Assembly: GCA_002171015.1 (NCBI GenBank)
Contig: NHHP01000001.1
Coordinates: 4,641 to 68,640 of the forward strand
Direction of reading: 5' to 3'
Length of the DNA: 64,000 bases
Source of the DNA: Candidatus Pelagibacter sp. TMED166
GTDB lineage: Bacteria; Pseudomonadota; Alphaproteobacteria; Pelagibacterales; Pelagibacteraceae
Part shown: positions 10,401 through 17,988 of the stretch, in pieces
Layout: the number at the start of each line of letters is the position of its first letter
Numbering within the stretch: the first letter of the stretch is position 1
Position numbers and translations under genes: made by a program
Notes under the pieces: model-generated
Told to the model about the DNA's origin: nothing
The model's input: the letters and a program-made list of their open reading frames with translations, nothing else
Database searches by the model: none

Positions 10401-11973
10401 TTATCAATTGTTCGTTAAGAAATTTTCCGAGGGATTGGATAGAATTGTACAATCATCCAATACATCATTGTTTATTACAGGTTCTGTATCATCATCATAT
10501 AATGCGTCTTGGACTGGTAGTGGTGACCTTTTCATAGGTGGTAAACCTAGTTCAGTATTTGGTAATCAACTCACAGGTTCGTTGATGGAATTCAGACTAT
10601 GGTCTGAACCGTTACGTGAATCTATTTTCGAAAATCATGTATCGGACCCGAAGTCATATGTTGGTAATACTCCATCATCATCCTATGAAAATTTATCCGT
10701 CAGATACTCTTTTGATGATAATACACAATTAGCAAATGGTGATACCATCAGAGATGTATCATCTAATCAAACCACCACAAGTCCTGGTCACGCACAAGGT
10801 TTTTTAAACCTGAATACCTTTGAATCTGTGGTAGACCAAACAAAAACTTTTGTTCCTAATTATGGGCCAAACCGAAGAAGTACCGACAAAATCAGAATTG
10901 AAGATAATTTTCTGAGCGGTAGTGGTGCGTCACTAAGTGTTACTGAAAGATTTGATTTTAGTTCAAATGATTTCGCACCTGTGGATTCAGCTAAAGTCGG
11001 CATATTTTTCTCACCTACTGATGTGGTAAATGATGACATCATATCGTCTTTTGCTAATTTAGATTTTAATCAATTATTAGGTGACCCAAGAGATAATTTT
11101 AAATTACAATACGGAGAGTTAAAGGACTCATCGAATAAATATTTTCAAAAATATACCGATAATAATGATTTTTGGGATTATATGCATTTGATAAAATTCT
11201 ACGACCAATCTGTATTCAAGAATATCAAAAAACTAATACCGATGAGAGCTAAGCCAACATTAGGTACGGTCATTGAACCTAATATTTTTGAACGTTCGAA
11301 AAATCCAATTCAGAGAAATCATCCATCGTTTGAGTTTATAAATTATGATTCGAAAATAAACCTAAGTAATTTTCATTACAACACGGATACCGATGGTGTA
11401 TATCAAGAAGCTAGTCACTCTGTTTTGAAAATAGAAACAGAATATCCTAATTATGAGGGTGAGATAGATTCTTCGGATAGTTTTCTTAAACCATCTTTGT
11501 ATAAATTTACAACAAATGATAACTACGATGATAGAAACACATACATAAGTGGTGCGGTCGAATTTGGTGGCCCATCTTTTGTATACCAAGAGGCTACAGG
11601 TGCGATTGTGATGAATCAAAGATTATCTGAAAGAAATCAGGAATACAAATATTTTTACGATAGTGAGATAAGTTATTCAGTCAGTTCACAATACAGTTCT
11701 GACCCATTTGAAAATTTTTATAGTTCTAGGTCTTTACATGAAAGTGACCTTGACACATCTTATCAACATAATACGGCGTTCGATAGAATGTTTTTTAAAG
11801 GTGTGAAGAATACATCGGAGACTACTATCGATGGAGATTTACCATTCATAGTGACCCAAACTGCACCAACAGTCGCAGTTCCAACAACGAAAGGTATATC
11901 GAAACTAACGGTCGACCAAAAGTCTGATGTCAAAAAACCGAAACCAAAACCTAGAAGACGTACGAGAAGATAA
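7495..11973 (+). CDS. large baseplate/fibre-associated protein with LamG-like lectin fold and sugar-binding-like sandwich
   Basis: 1492 aa. LFIGGKPSSVFGNQLTGSLMEFRLWSEPL fits the LamG/concanavalin-like signature, and LGIRFENRKAGSTIYWDDVSLKK resembles a CBM4/9-type module. It has a basic C-terminal tail, KKPKPKPRRRTRR. Confidence 0.6.
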   Translation: MARKPYVELPDILKLLPLAAEVDTEPEVGGPGGLLNQIKDLYITEYILRDGWYDDGTLVPSKLVLYDEPFTVELKSDVRFNEADELGWEVLQDGEVIFQISGNRLQSFNISDYVNPQQLQQNRIFEVRAVIERYRFSEERGTSILLGTEAFPEVAFSCVAPPTDDNELPFTPVYEPFVAKINNVDGDTIEIDVSYDELVNRIRPITDGSKQPNEQYSGWTINSKFGDRKDLNTYVHFGDDKRYLVTNVKYDNQAVPTLPYSIIYKTYEPLPDDISEKDFVYVVREVLPPLTETVELVGYAQEEEEFQVLIPRDNFPQESPITKRQTEFKTFNDLVTSEDPRLKDDIEDKFLQEKPVELSVDFSRYENFVNFSSAQRRLENFKYKIEQIEKETQLSSSFVGVTNADVDLNIHHNKIRDIKNNFDGYENYLHNIQSSYVTSSLGQFFDASWPKTGSGTYEDPFKPVSSSSSEFTSWYGSISSKTGQIYSASFYDTNNGNRLVNLLPDHIRTNNSNTQFLDFMDMAGQHFDELWSYIKSLSDITDRRLDLGDGFSKDLVFNIAKSLGWNTQDGKDLLDLSRFGFGRKLSGDSYSLYTSGSLDSPIEADVSKEIVKRLIASMPFILKTKGTKASIKAILNCYGIPSTILQIREYGGVDAKVQRAPFETKRRFTRALGFRGTQHVTSSWADDSDTSRKPETVELRFRSVNSSDQVLIQKDNNWAIKLKDNGATDNLGTVSFVLSGSSGNLEVSSSLLPVYDGEFYSLMLKKEKVDIELFKHPSFETSSLFNPPFESGSTSAVGGNIEIVSSSGVSRTGTKALQHRNTYQKGSGQTSYTLNFRSGSQPASVASISQGETYIFSAFGKASGSTVDSVGGLSVFELDSNENVINWEDDVDSSQISITSLGGIKRSEPIGLVEDEWKKITVKKTIRFPNAAKLGIRFENRKAGSTIYWDDVSLKKASTNTDEIGDGFSYQLFVKKFSEGLDRIVQSSNTSLFITGSVSSSYNASWTGSGDLFIGGKPSSVFGNQLTGSLMEFRLWSEPLRESIFENHVSDPKSYVGNTPSSSYENLSVRYSFDDNTQLANGDTIRDVSSNQTTTSPGHAQGFLNLNTFESVVDQTKTFVPNYGPNRRSTDKIRIEDNFLSGSGASLSVTERFDFSSNDFAPVDSAKVGIFFSPTDVVNDDIISSFANLDFNQLLGDPRDNFKLQYGELKDSSNKYFQKYTDNNDFWDYMHLIKFYDQSVFKNIKKLIPMRAKPTLGTVIEPNIFERSKNPIQRNHPSFEFINYDSKINLSNFHYNTDTDGVYQEASHSVLKIETEYPNYEGEIDSSDSFLKPSLYKFTTNDNYDDRNTYISGAVEFGGPSFVYQEATGAIVMNQRLSERNQEYKYFYDSEISYSVSSQYSSDPFENFYSSRSLHESDLDTSYQHNTAFDRMFFKGVKNTSETTIDGDLPFIVTQTAPTVAVPTTKGISKLTVDQKSDVKKPKPKPRRRTRR

Positions 11974-12053
11974 AATGTTTAAAAAATTAAATATTAGATA
12001 TTTATTTTTAGAAAAGTTATATCAACACAACAAAAATCATTGGAGATAATAAT

Positions 12054-12725
12054 ATGGGATTTTTAGACAATTCAAGTATAACCGTAGATGCTATTTTGAC
12101 CAAAAGAGGTCGCGAGATATTAGCCGCAGGCGGTGATTTGAATATAAATAAATTTGCTTTGAGTGATGAAGAGGTAGACTACACGTTATATGATGTCACT
12201 CATCCTAACGGTACAGATTCATACGGAAGCGTAATAGAAAATATGTCTTTGTTAGAGGCTACACCAGCTAGAACTACATTTCGTAGTTTTCTTGTGAATG
12301 AGTCACAAGCTGGTTCGAGTCTAAACGTAGATACGACTAATTATAGTGGTGTCGATAAAGATACAGACATCGCGATATCTCCAACTACAGTTGGTTCTCC
12401 GGCTGAATCCTATGTATTTCAGATAGAAAATTCCAATATAGTTAAATTTAGCGGTGAAGGGTCAGTAAAAACTAAGACAGCTGAGTCCGTTGTGTTAAGG
12501 GCTCAATCAATCAATACTGCTGGTACTACTACTGTTACGATTCAAGGTGTAAACTCAGGTCTTGTACAGACTGTAACTGTAAACGTTAAACCTGACGTAT
12601 CATCTGTGGTTGACCCAAGGCAAAAACAAACTAGACCACCTCTAGTAAGAGAAGATAGAGTAGTTAATTCATCAAGTCCTCGAGATCGTGGTGGCCGCGG
12701 TGGTGGCGGATACGGAGGTAGATAA
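12054..12725 (+). CDS. virion protein with Ig-like (Big_2-type) segment and RGG/GGY C-terminal tail
   Basis: 223 aa. SVVLRAQSINTAGTTTVTIQGVNSGLVQTVTVNVK looks like a bacterial Ig-like domain. The protein ends in RDRGGRGGGGYGGR and is preceded by an 80-nt AT-rich spacer and a GGAG Shine-Dalgarno. Confidence 0.6.
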   Translation: MGFLDNSSITVDAILTKRGREILAAGGDLNINKFALSDEEVDYTLYDVTHPNGTDSYGSVIENMSLLEATPARTTFRSFLVNESQAGSSLNVDTTNYSGVDKDTDIAISPTTVGSPAESYVFQIENSNIVKFSGEGSVKTKTAESVVLRAQSINTAGTTTVTIQGVNSGLVQTVTVNVKPDVSSVVDPRQKQTRPPLVREDRVVNSSSPRDRGGRGGGGYGGR

Positions 12726-13750
12726 TGTCAGCATATAGAAATTTTACAGGAGAGGATGTTAGTGAAGACACAGGTATTGTCACGTCAGGTATTTGGCAGG
12801 ATGGAGCTTCCAACATCATAACTTTCTTCAGTTCATCAGCACAGTACACCAACACGGGTGATTACAACATCGACGTGTATAGGTATGACCCATCCACAAA
12901 CGCATCAGCTTCGGTACAATTTGGATTAGTTTACGGTCATCGTGAGGGTAGTGGTTCACTTGGAACCAAAGGTGCGACAGGTGATAGAACGACGGCAGCG
13001 GTATTCGGACAATTCAATAATTTAATCAATCCACCAGAAACAACGAACTTTACGTTTCAAGGTAACACAGATGTCAAACAATTCTATGCTTTGTCAATCA
13101 ATAGGGCAAGAATGAGAGAAGCGATTGAACCAGGTGGTTGGGAACTACATTTAAAAAATGGTGCAAATAAAATAAAATTAATCGACGATTCTTCTACGAA
13201 CAAAGGTGGTAATAATTTTGAAAGAAATTTCTCGCCAGAGTTTAACATCGTTAGTGGAACATTGGTTGGTGGTACGGATATCAATACAGCGGCATCTGCT
13301 GAAGCAGATATCATGGGTTCTTACGGAACTTTTTATCCGAGTCTAGGGGTTTTACTTTTAAATCCTGAAAGACTTAGTGGAGCACCGTTACTGTTGGCAA
13401 CACTTAGTGGTTCAAACGCTGACAATAGGAATAATAGGAAACTCTTTGATTCAGTCGTAGCTGGAGCTAAATTCCAAATGAGACGAAAAGAAGAAATCAC
13501 TTCTGTTCATTATTTTGTTAGAGCGACATCGAATAATTTTAATTCAACGACCAATGAATCTTATTACACACAATCTGTTGCAGGTGTTAAGGAAATCATA
13601 CCAGGTATGAAGACAGACCCTAAAACATATATCACAAGTGTTGGTCTTTACAACAATGCTAACGAATTATTAGCAATCGCTAAACTCAGTAAACCAATCT
13701 TAAAATCAAGAGCAAGAGAAGCACTGATAAAAGTAAAACTTGACTTCTAA
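12725..13750 (+). CDS. fibre/tail-associated protein, paralogue A
   Basis: 341 aa. The C-terminus YITSVGLYNNANELLAIAKLSKPILKSRAREALIKVKLDF is shared with the next ORF. Confidence 0.6.
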   Translation: MSAYRNFTGEDVSEDTGIVTSGIWQDGASNIITFFSSSAQYTNTGDYNIDVYRYDPSTNASASVQFGLVYGHREGSGSLGTKGATGDRTTAAVFGQFNNLINPPETTNFTFQGNTDVKQFYALSINRARMREAIEPGGWELHLKNGANKIKLIDDSSTNKGGNNFERNFSPEFNIVSGTLVGGTDINTAASAEADIMGSYGTFYPSLGVLLLNPERLSGAPLLLATLSGSNADNRNNRKLFDSVVAGAKFQMRRKEEITSVHYFVRATSNNFNSTTNESYYTQSVAGVKEIIPGMKTDPKTYITSVGLYNNANELLAIAKLSKPILKSRAREALIKVKLDF

Positions 13751-13761
13751 AGGATTCCAAA

Positions 13762-14841
13762 ATGAAATTCAAGAATCTTGAATCCGATGATGTCTTAATA
13801 TCTCCATTCGAAGTTCATAAAACTTTTAATGTGACTAACCATGATAGTGGTAGTGGAATCTATAGATTCTCAATCACTAAAGGTACAGATTCAAATCTCT
13901 ACGGATTCGACACAACAACAGCATCCTCAACCTCAATATCGTCTAGTGCTTTCTACAACGTTCCTAACTATTATGTGATTAGTAGTATGTATTATCGTGA
14001 TTTGAATCAGATGAGCGGTATCAAGGATTATGTAAATGGTGTACCGATAGATAAAACCGGTGTCGATGAGTATGTAAAAACAAGACACTTATACGATAGA
14101 CCGACAGAAGCACATAAAGAAGTTTTACGTAGACCGTTAACAAGACAACTACATGATGACGCGACTGTAATATCTATTCCTCAAGAGTTATACGGTGAAA
14201 CAATCAAAAAAAATTCTATTAGATTAATAGATAATAGTGTAAGTCCACAAATAATTTTACAAGATGATGGTTTTGGTAATCTGTATGATATCGCTTTTAG
14301 TGCAAGTTATTCGGAACGGAGACTTGCTGCTAACGATAGCGGTAGTGTGGTTGGTAATATTTTTTACGATGATGGTGTGTTGGTTGTAACCGATACTGGT
14401 AGTTATTCAAGTGTGGGAGATGGTAGTTTTAATTTAACTTTTGATTCCACACAGACTATTTATGAAAGAGAATATATATGTAGGATAGACGAAGATGATT
14501 TTTTACATACGACGAATAGAAGTTTAAAAGTTGGACAGAGTAGTAGTATTGCTTTTCACGGAACTGATTATAATAAAGGAATTAATCTAGTAGGAACTTA
14601 CCGCGACGAATTTCCATATGAATTAACAGGATTTGCTACAAACTCTTTCCAAGATAAACAATACGAGATAGGTAGGGAATTAATCGGTGAAGCAACTCAT
14701 TCGGATTTCGCGACTTATGTGACATCCATTGGTCTTTACAATGATAATAATGAATTGGTTGCGATTGGTAAAACCGCTAAACCTATAAAAAATGATAGAG
14801 AAATGTCACTAAGTTTTGTGGTAAGATTTGACACAAACTAA
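13762..14841 (+). CDS. fibre/tail-associated protein, paralogue B
   Basis: 359 aa. The C-terminus YVTSIGLYNDNNELVAIGKTAKPIKNDREMSLSFVVRFD is homologous to the end of the 12725 ORF. Confidence 0.6.
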   Translation: MKFKNLESDDVLISPFEVHKTFNVTNHDSGSGIYRFSITKGTDSNLYGFDTTTASSTSISSSAFYNVPNYYVISSMYYRDLNQMSGIKDYVNGVPIDKTGVDEYVKTRHLYDRPTEAHKEVLRRPLTRQLHDDATVISIPQELYGETIKKNSIRLIDNSVSPQIILQDDGFGNLYDIAFSASYSERRLAANDSGSVVGNIFYDDGVLVVTDTGSYSSVGDGSFNLTFDSTQTIYEREYICRIDEDDFLHTTNRSLKVGQSSSIAFHGTDYNKGINLVGTYRDEFPYELTGFATNSFQDKQYEIGRELIGEATHSDFATYVTSIGLYNDNNELVAIGKTAKPIKNDREMSLSFVVRFDTN

Positions 14842-14880
14842 TATTTATAGTTGTAACGTTACATATTAAAGGAGAATAAA

Positions 14881-15165
14881 ATGGCACATTTTACAGAAAC
14901 TCAAGCTCAAGCATCAAAATTAGAGTCAGCCAATAAAGAGTTTACCGATGGTAACTTTGCTTATTGGGTATTGAGAGTATCGGGTTCAGATGGACAAATG
15001 CATCAGTACGTAGACCATGAATTAGCAGAAGATGCTTCTTTGACTCAAGTAAAAAATAAATTGATAAACCACGTAACTGGTTCAGAATTCTATGTAGAAC
15101 CAACACCACCTGTAATAAGTGGTTCTAGTCATTTCGTTGATGACCACGGAGATACATTAGGTTAA
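14881..15165 (+). CDS. hypothetical protein
   Basis: 94-aa ORF with an AAGGAG Shine-Dalgarno 7 nt upstream. ATATTTATAG motif at 14841-14850. Confidence 0.55.
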   Translation: MAHFTETQAQASKLESANKEFTDGNFAYWVLRVSGSDGQMHQYVDHELAEDASLTQVKNKLINHVTGSEFYVEPTPPVISGSSHFVDDHGDTLG

Positions 15166-15185
15166 TTAAAAATAGGAGAAAACAG

Positions 15186-16472
15186 ATGTTAAAGAAAATT
15201 ATAATAGGTATATTGTTAACCTCATCTTTGTTTAGCCAAGAGATTATACTAAACTTTTTTAAGTATTCCACAGCTTACGCTAGTTTTAGTTTAAACGCAC
15301 CGAGACACCAAGATGATAGGTTTTCTATCGTTGGTGGTTTGTCTACGGGTGTATTGGAATTCAAAAGGGATGAGAGAGAACTCGAAGCAGACTTCCAAAA
15401 ATCTTTTGGTTTGAGAAAGATAGGTAGATTTAAATACGAGCCTAAACGTGGTGTTAAGAACGCCGGTAAAGGTGGTATGTGGTATGATGGTTCTGAACAA
15501 TCAGCTAACGAGATGGCTACATTCGGACCTGTAAAGGGTTGGGAATACTTAGTCAAATGGACTGAGGGTCGTCAATGGGGTGATGATTACGTTAATCAAG
15601 AATACTGGCTACGATATGTAGGTGATTGGTTTATGATTAAAGGTGGTTACACCGAACTTGGTTTAGAGGACGTTTTATATTCACAAGGTGATGCTAGATT
15701 AAAAAAATCAATAGGCCCTATTCATATGAGTGTTGGATTGAAACACAGACAGCATCCTGTATATGGATTCGATGCTGTGATATTAGACACCACTTGGTAT
15801 AGAGGACAATGGTGGAACTTTGCTGAAGATGCATTCGGTATAGATGATAACGCTTGGTTTACTGAAGAATATTACAACAATGGTGACGGTAACCTTGACC
15901 AAGACATCCAATTATACGAGATAGACCCAATAACAGGTGAGCTCAGACACATCGAAGGTGGAGGCCCATTTTGGAATGACGATGGTAGGTTTGTTGGTGT
16001 TGATTGGTTGTGGAGAGATACTGAAGGTCGTATCTTTGCTTATACAGATAGAGAATATTTCTTATATCACTTTCCTGAAATGTTAGAAAATTATATCAGT
16101 AGAGTAAAGAAAGATTTAGGATACCAAAGAGAAACATCATTTGTAGTTGGTTTAGATTTTTATCACTATGATGAGAATTGGTGGGCACATGCTTGGGGTA
16201 ACTATATACCTTATCATTATGGTCACGATGTTTATTCGTATCATAACGCAGCTGCTTATGAGGAACACAAAGAAAATAAGAATCCACCACATACTTTTAA
16301 ATTCGGAGAATCAGGTTGGAAAGGTTGGGATGATTATGATGTAGGTGCTATCGTCGGTATTAAAGTAAAAGACAACTTCGGTATATTCGCTGAAGGAAAG
16401 TATCTTTACTATTGGAATAAACCAGCTTATGATTTTAAAGTAGGTGCTAACTATCAATTTGTAGGATGGTAA
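15186..16472 (+). CDS. predicted outer-membrane beta-barrel protein
   Basis: 428 aa with an N-terminal signal peptide (MLKKIIIGILLTSSLFSQ) and W/Y/G/D-rich composition. It ends in ...FKVGANYQFVGW, the C-terminal aromatic signature of BAM-inserted barrels. Confidence 0.55.
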   Translation: MLKKIIIGILLTSSLFSQEIILNFFKYSTAYASFSLNAPRHQDDRFSIVGGLSTGVLEFKRDERELEADFQKSFGLRKIGRFKYEPKRGVKNAGKGGMWYDGSEQSANEMATFGPVKGWEYLVKWTEGRQWGDDYVNQEYWLRYVGDWFMIKGGYTELGLEDVLYSQGDARLKKSIGPIHMSVGLKHRQHPVYGFDAVILDTTWYRGQWWNFAEDAFGIDDNAWFTEEYYNNGDGNLDQDIQLYEIDPITGELRHIEGGGPFWNDDGRFVGVDWLWRDTEGRIFAYTDREYFLYHFPEMLENYISRVKKDLGYQRETSFVVGLDFYHYDENWWAHAWGNYIPYHYGHDVYSYHNAAAYEEHKENKNPPHTFKFGESGWKGWDDYDVGAIVGIKVKDNFGIFAEGKYLYYWNKPAYDFKVGANYQFVGW

Positions 16473-17075
16473 ATGAACGGTGATATTAAAATAGGTAAGT
16501 TACTTTGTGATGAGGATATCATCACCAAGAGACAATTGAATCAAGCTCTTCAGGCTCAGATAAAAGGTGATAAAAGAGCCTTGGGTGAGATACTTGTTGA
16601 TAAGGGATTCTGCACCTTAGATGATATTACTGGTGTATTAATGGATGAACCTGTACACGAGGTCAAAAAAGAAAAGGTAGCTAAAAAATCCAAGGATAAG
16701 AATGAGCCGGTTGAAATAAGTGAAGAAAAGGTTATGGGCACCAAATTCACGATGTCGGTTCAAACTATCGGTGCATTGGTTATGGTGATAGCTAGTGGTG
16801 TCGGTGGTTATTATATGTTACTACAAGAAATACAAGAAGCTAAAGAACTTCCAAAGATTGATATAGAAGCAATCTACAAGGATGAATACCCATCAAGACC
16901 TGAAGGACATAACTGGCCAAGGTCTAAGGAACAATACAACCAACAGGTTGGAGACTTACAAGATGATATGGATACTGTATTTGATAGGTTGGATGAGTTA
17001 GAAGATGATGTTAAAGATTTAAAAAAGTTAGTAACAGATTTACGAGTTCAAGTAGCTAACAAGAGAGATAAGTAG
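16473..17075 (+). CDS. membrane protein with MshEN / T2SS-E N-terminal-like domain and acidic coiled coil
   Basis: Residues 6-59 form two 24-aa units, KIGKLLCDEDIITKRQLNQALQAQ and (R)ALGEILVDKGFCTLDDITGVLMDE, separated by about 5 aa. They resemble the tandem RLGxxLLxxGLLxxxxLxxxLxxQ motif. One TM follows (IGALVMVIASGVGGYYMLL), then a coiled-coil tail. Confidence 0.45.
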   Translation: MNGDIKIGKLLCDEDIITKRQLNQALQAQIKGDKRALGEILVDKGFCTLDDITGVLMDEPVHEVKKEKVAKKSKDKNEPVEISEEKVMGTKFTMSVQTIGALVMVIASGVGGYYMLLQEIQEAKELPKIDIEAIYKDEYPSRPEGHNWPRSKEQYNQQVGDLQDDMDTVFDRLDELEDDVKDLKKLVTDLRVQVANKRDK

Positions 17076-17084
17076 GAGAGTAGA

Positions 17085-17459
17085 GTGAGATATTTTATTG
17101 GATTATTATTTTTCTTATCTACAATGGTAGCTCAGGTTACAGATAAGAATTTCAAAGACAAAATAAGTGATGGTTTTTCAGTAATCGTATTTACTTCCGA
17201 ATGGCAAGAAAAAGAATTGGATACTAAGATATTAGATGGTGTAAAAGGGTATGAGGATGCTAAAATTATAACCGTCAAATCTGGAGACACAAAGAAGGTA
17301 ATTAAGAAACTAAGAATAAGAAATTTTCCATCTATTGCTTTATTTCATAATGGAGATAAGGTAGATGTTTGGAAAGCTGATATGGATGGTGAAGTCGATT
17401 GTACTGTATCTGATATAAAAAGAGCGGTAGATGACTTTAATTCTGGCGATGTCTTCTAA
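17085..17459 (+). CDS. exported thioredoxin-fold protein lacking the CxxC active site
   Basis: GTG start after AGGAGAG, with signal peptide MRYFIGLLFFLSTMVAQ. VTDKNFKDKISDGFSVIVFTSEWQEKE...IRNFPSIALFHNGDKV aligns with the thioredoxin pattern (VTD.NF...V..F.A.WCGPC...IR..PT..LF.NG), but WCGPC is replaced by WQEKE. Confidence 0.65.
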   Translation: MRYFIGLLFFLSTMVAQVTDKNFKDKISDGFSVIVFTSEWQEKELDTKILDGVKGYEDAKIITVKSGDTKKVIKKLRIRNFPSIALFHNGDKVDVWKADMDGEVDCTVSDIKRAVDDFNSGDVF

Positions 17460-17773
17460 TGGATGCTAAAGATTTAACAACAAAAGATGCAAGACAAAAT
17501 CAAAAACATTTTATAAATGTCAAATTAGTAGACCTAATTGAATATAGACAATCTCGTAAGTGGTATGTAAGTATTGCTGTGGTTGGTATGTTTGCATTTA
17601 TATTAGGTCTTATGATATTTTTTATGGGCCAAGGTAAAGATGTTACTGAGGGTTGGAAAGAAATTCTCCTACTTATGTTAGGTGGATTCGTAGGTTCGTT
17701 TGCAAAGGTTATTGATTTTTGGTTTAACAATCAAGAGAATGATAACAAACTCTTGGAACATGCGGATGACTAA
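17459..17773 (+). CDS. small membrane protein (two TM helices)
   Basis: 104 aa with hydrophobic stretches WYVSIAVVGMFAFILGLMIFFM and ILLLMLGGFVGSFAKVIDFWF. TAATG coupling at both ends. Confidence 0.55.
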   Translation: MDAKDLTTKDARQNQKHFINVKLVDLIEYRQSRKWYVSIAVVGMFAFILGLMIFFMGQGKDVTEGWKEILLLMLGGFVGSFAKVIDFWFNNQENDNKLLEHADD

Positions 17774-17988
17774 TGAAGAAAAAACATTTGGTGACTTTAG
17801 TAAGAACAATAAAAGATATACTATACGCTCATAGAAAAGCTGATTGGGATGATAAAAATGTTGTAGAAACTGTATCCGAGGTTATAACTAAAAAGTTCTC
17901 AAAATACATGAAAGAACAAGAAGACTTAGAGAGAATGGGTAAGACTGAACAAGATTATCTTGCTCCACCAAATGGGTTAAATCAATGA
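17773..17988 (+). CDS. hypothetical protein
   Basis: 71-aa ORF, coupled to its neighbours (TAATG upstream, ATGA downstream). Confidence 0.5.
   Translation: MKKKHLVTLVRTIKDILYAHRKADWDDKNVVETVSEVITKKFSKYMKEQEDLERMGKTEQDYLAPPNGLNQ

Noticed and set aside
17459-17773. Two-TM 104-aa ORF as the holin.
   Set aside because: Topology alone is not diagnostic. It is 23 kb from the only lysin gene and sits inside a coupled envelope operon, so it is kept as a generic membrane protein.
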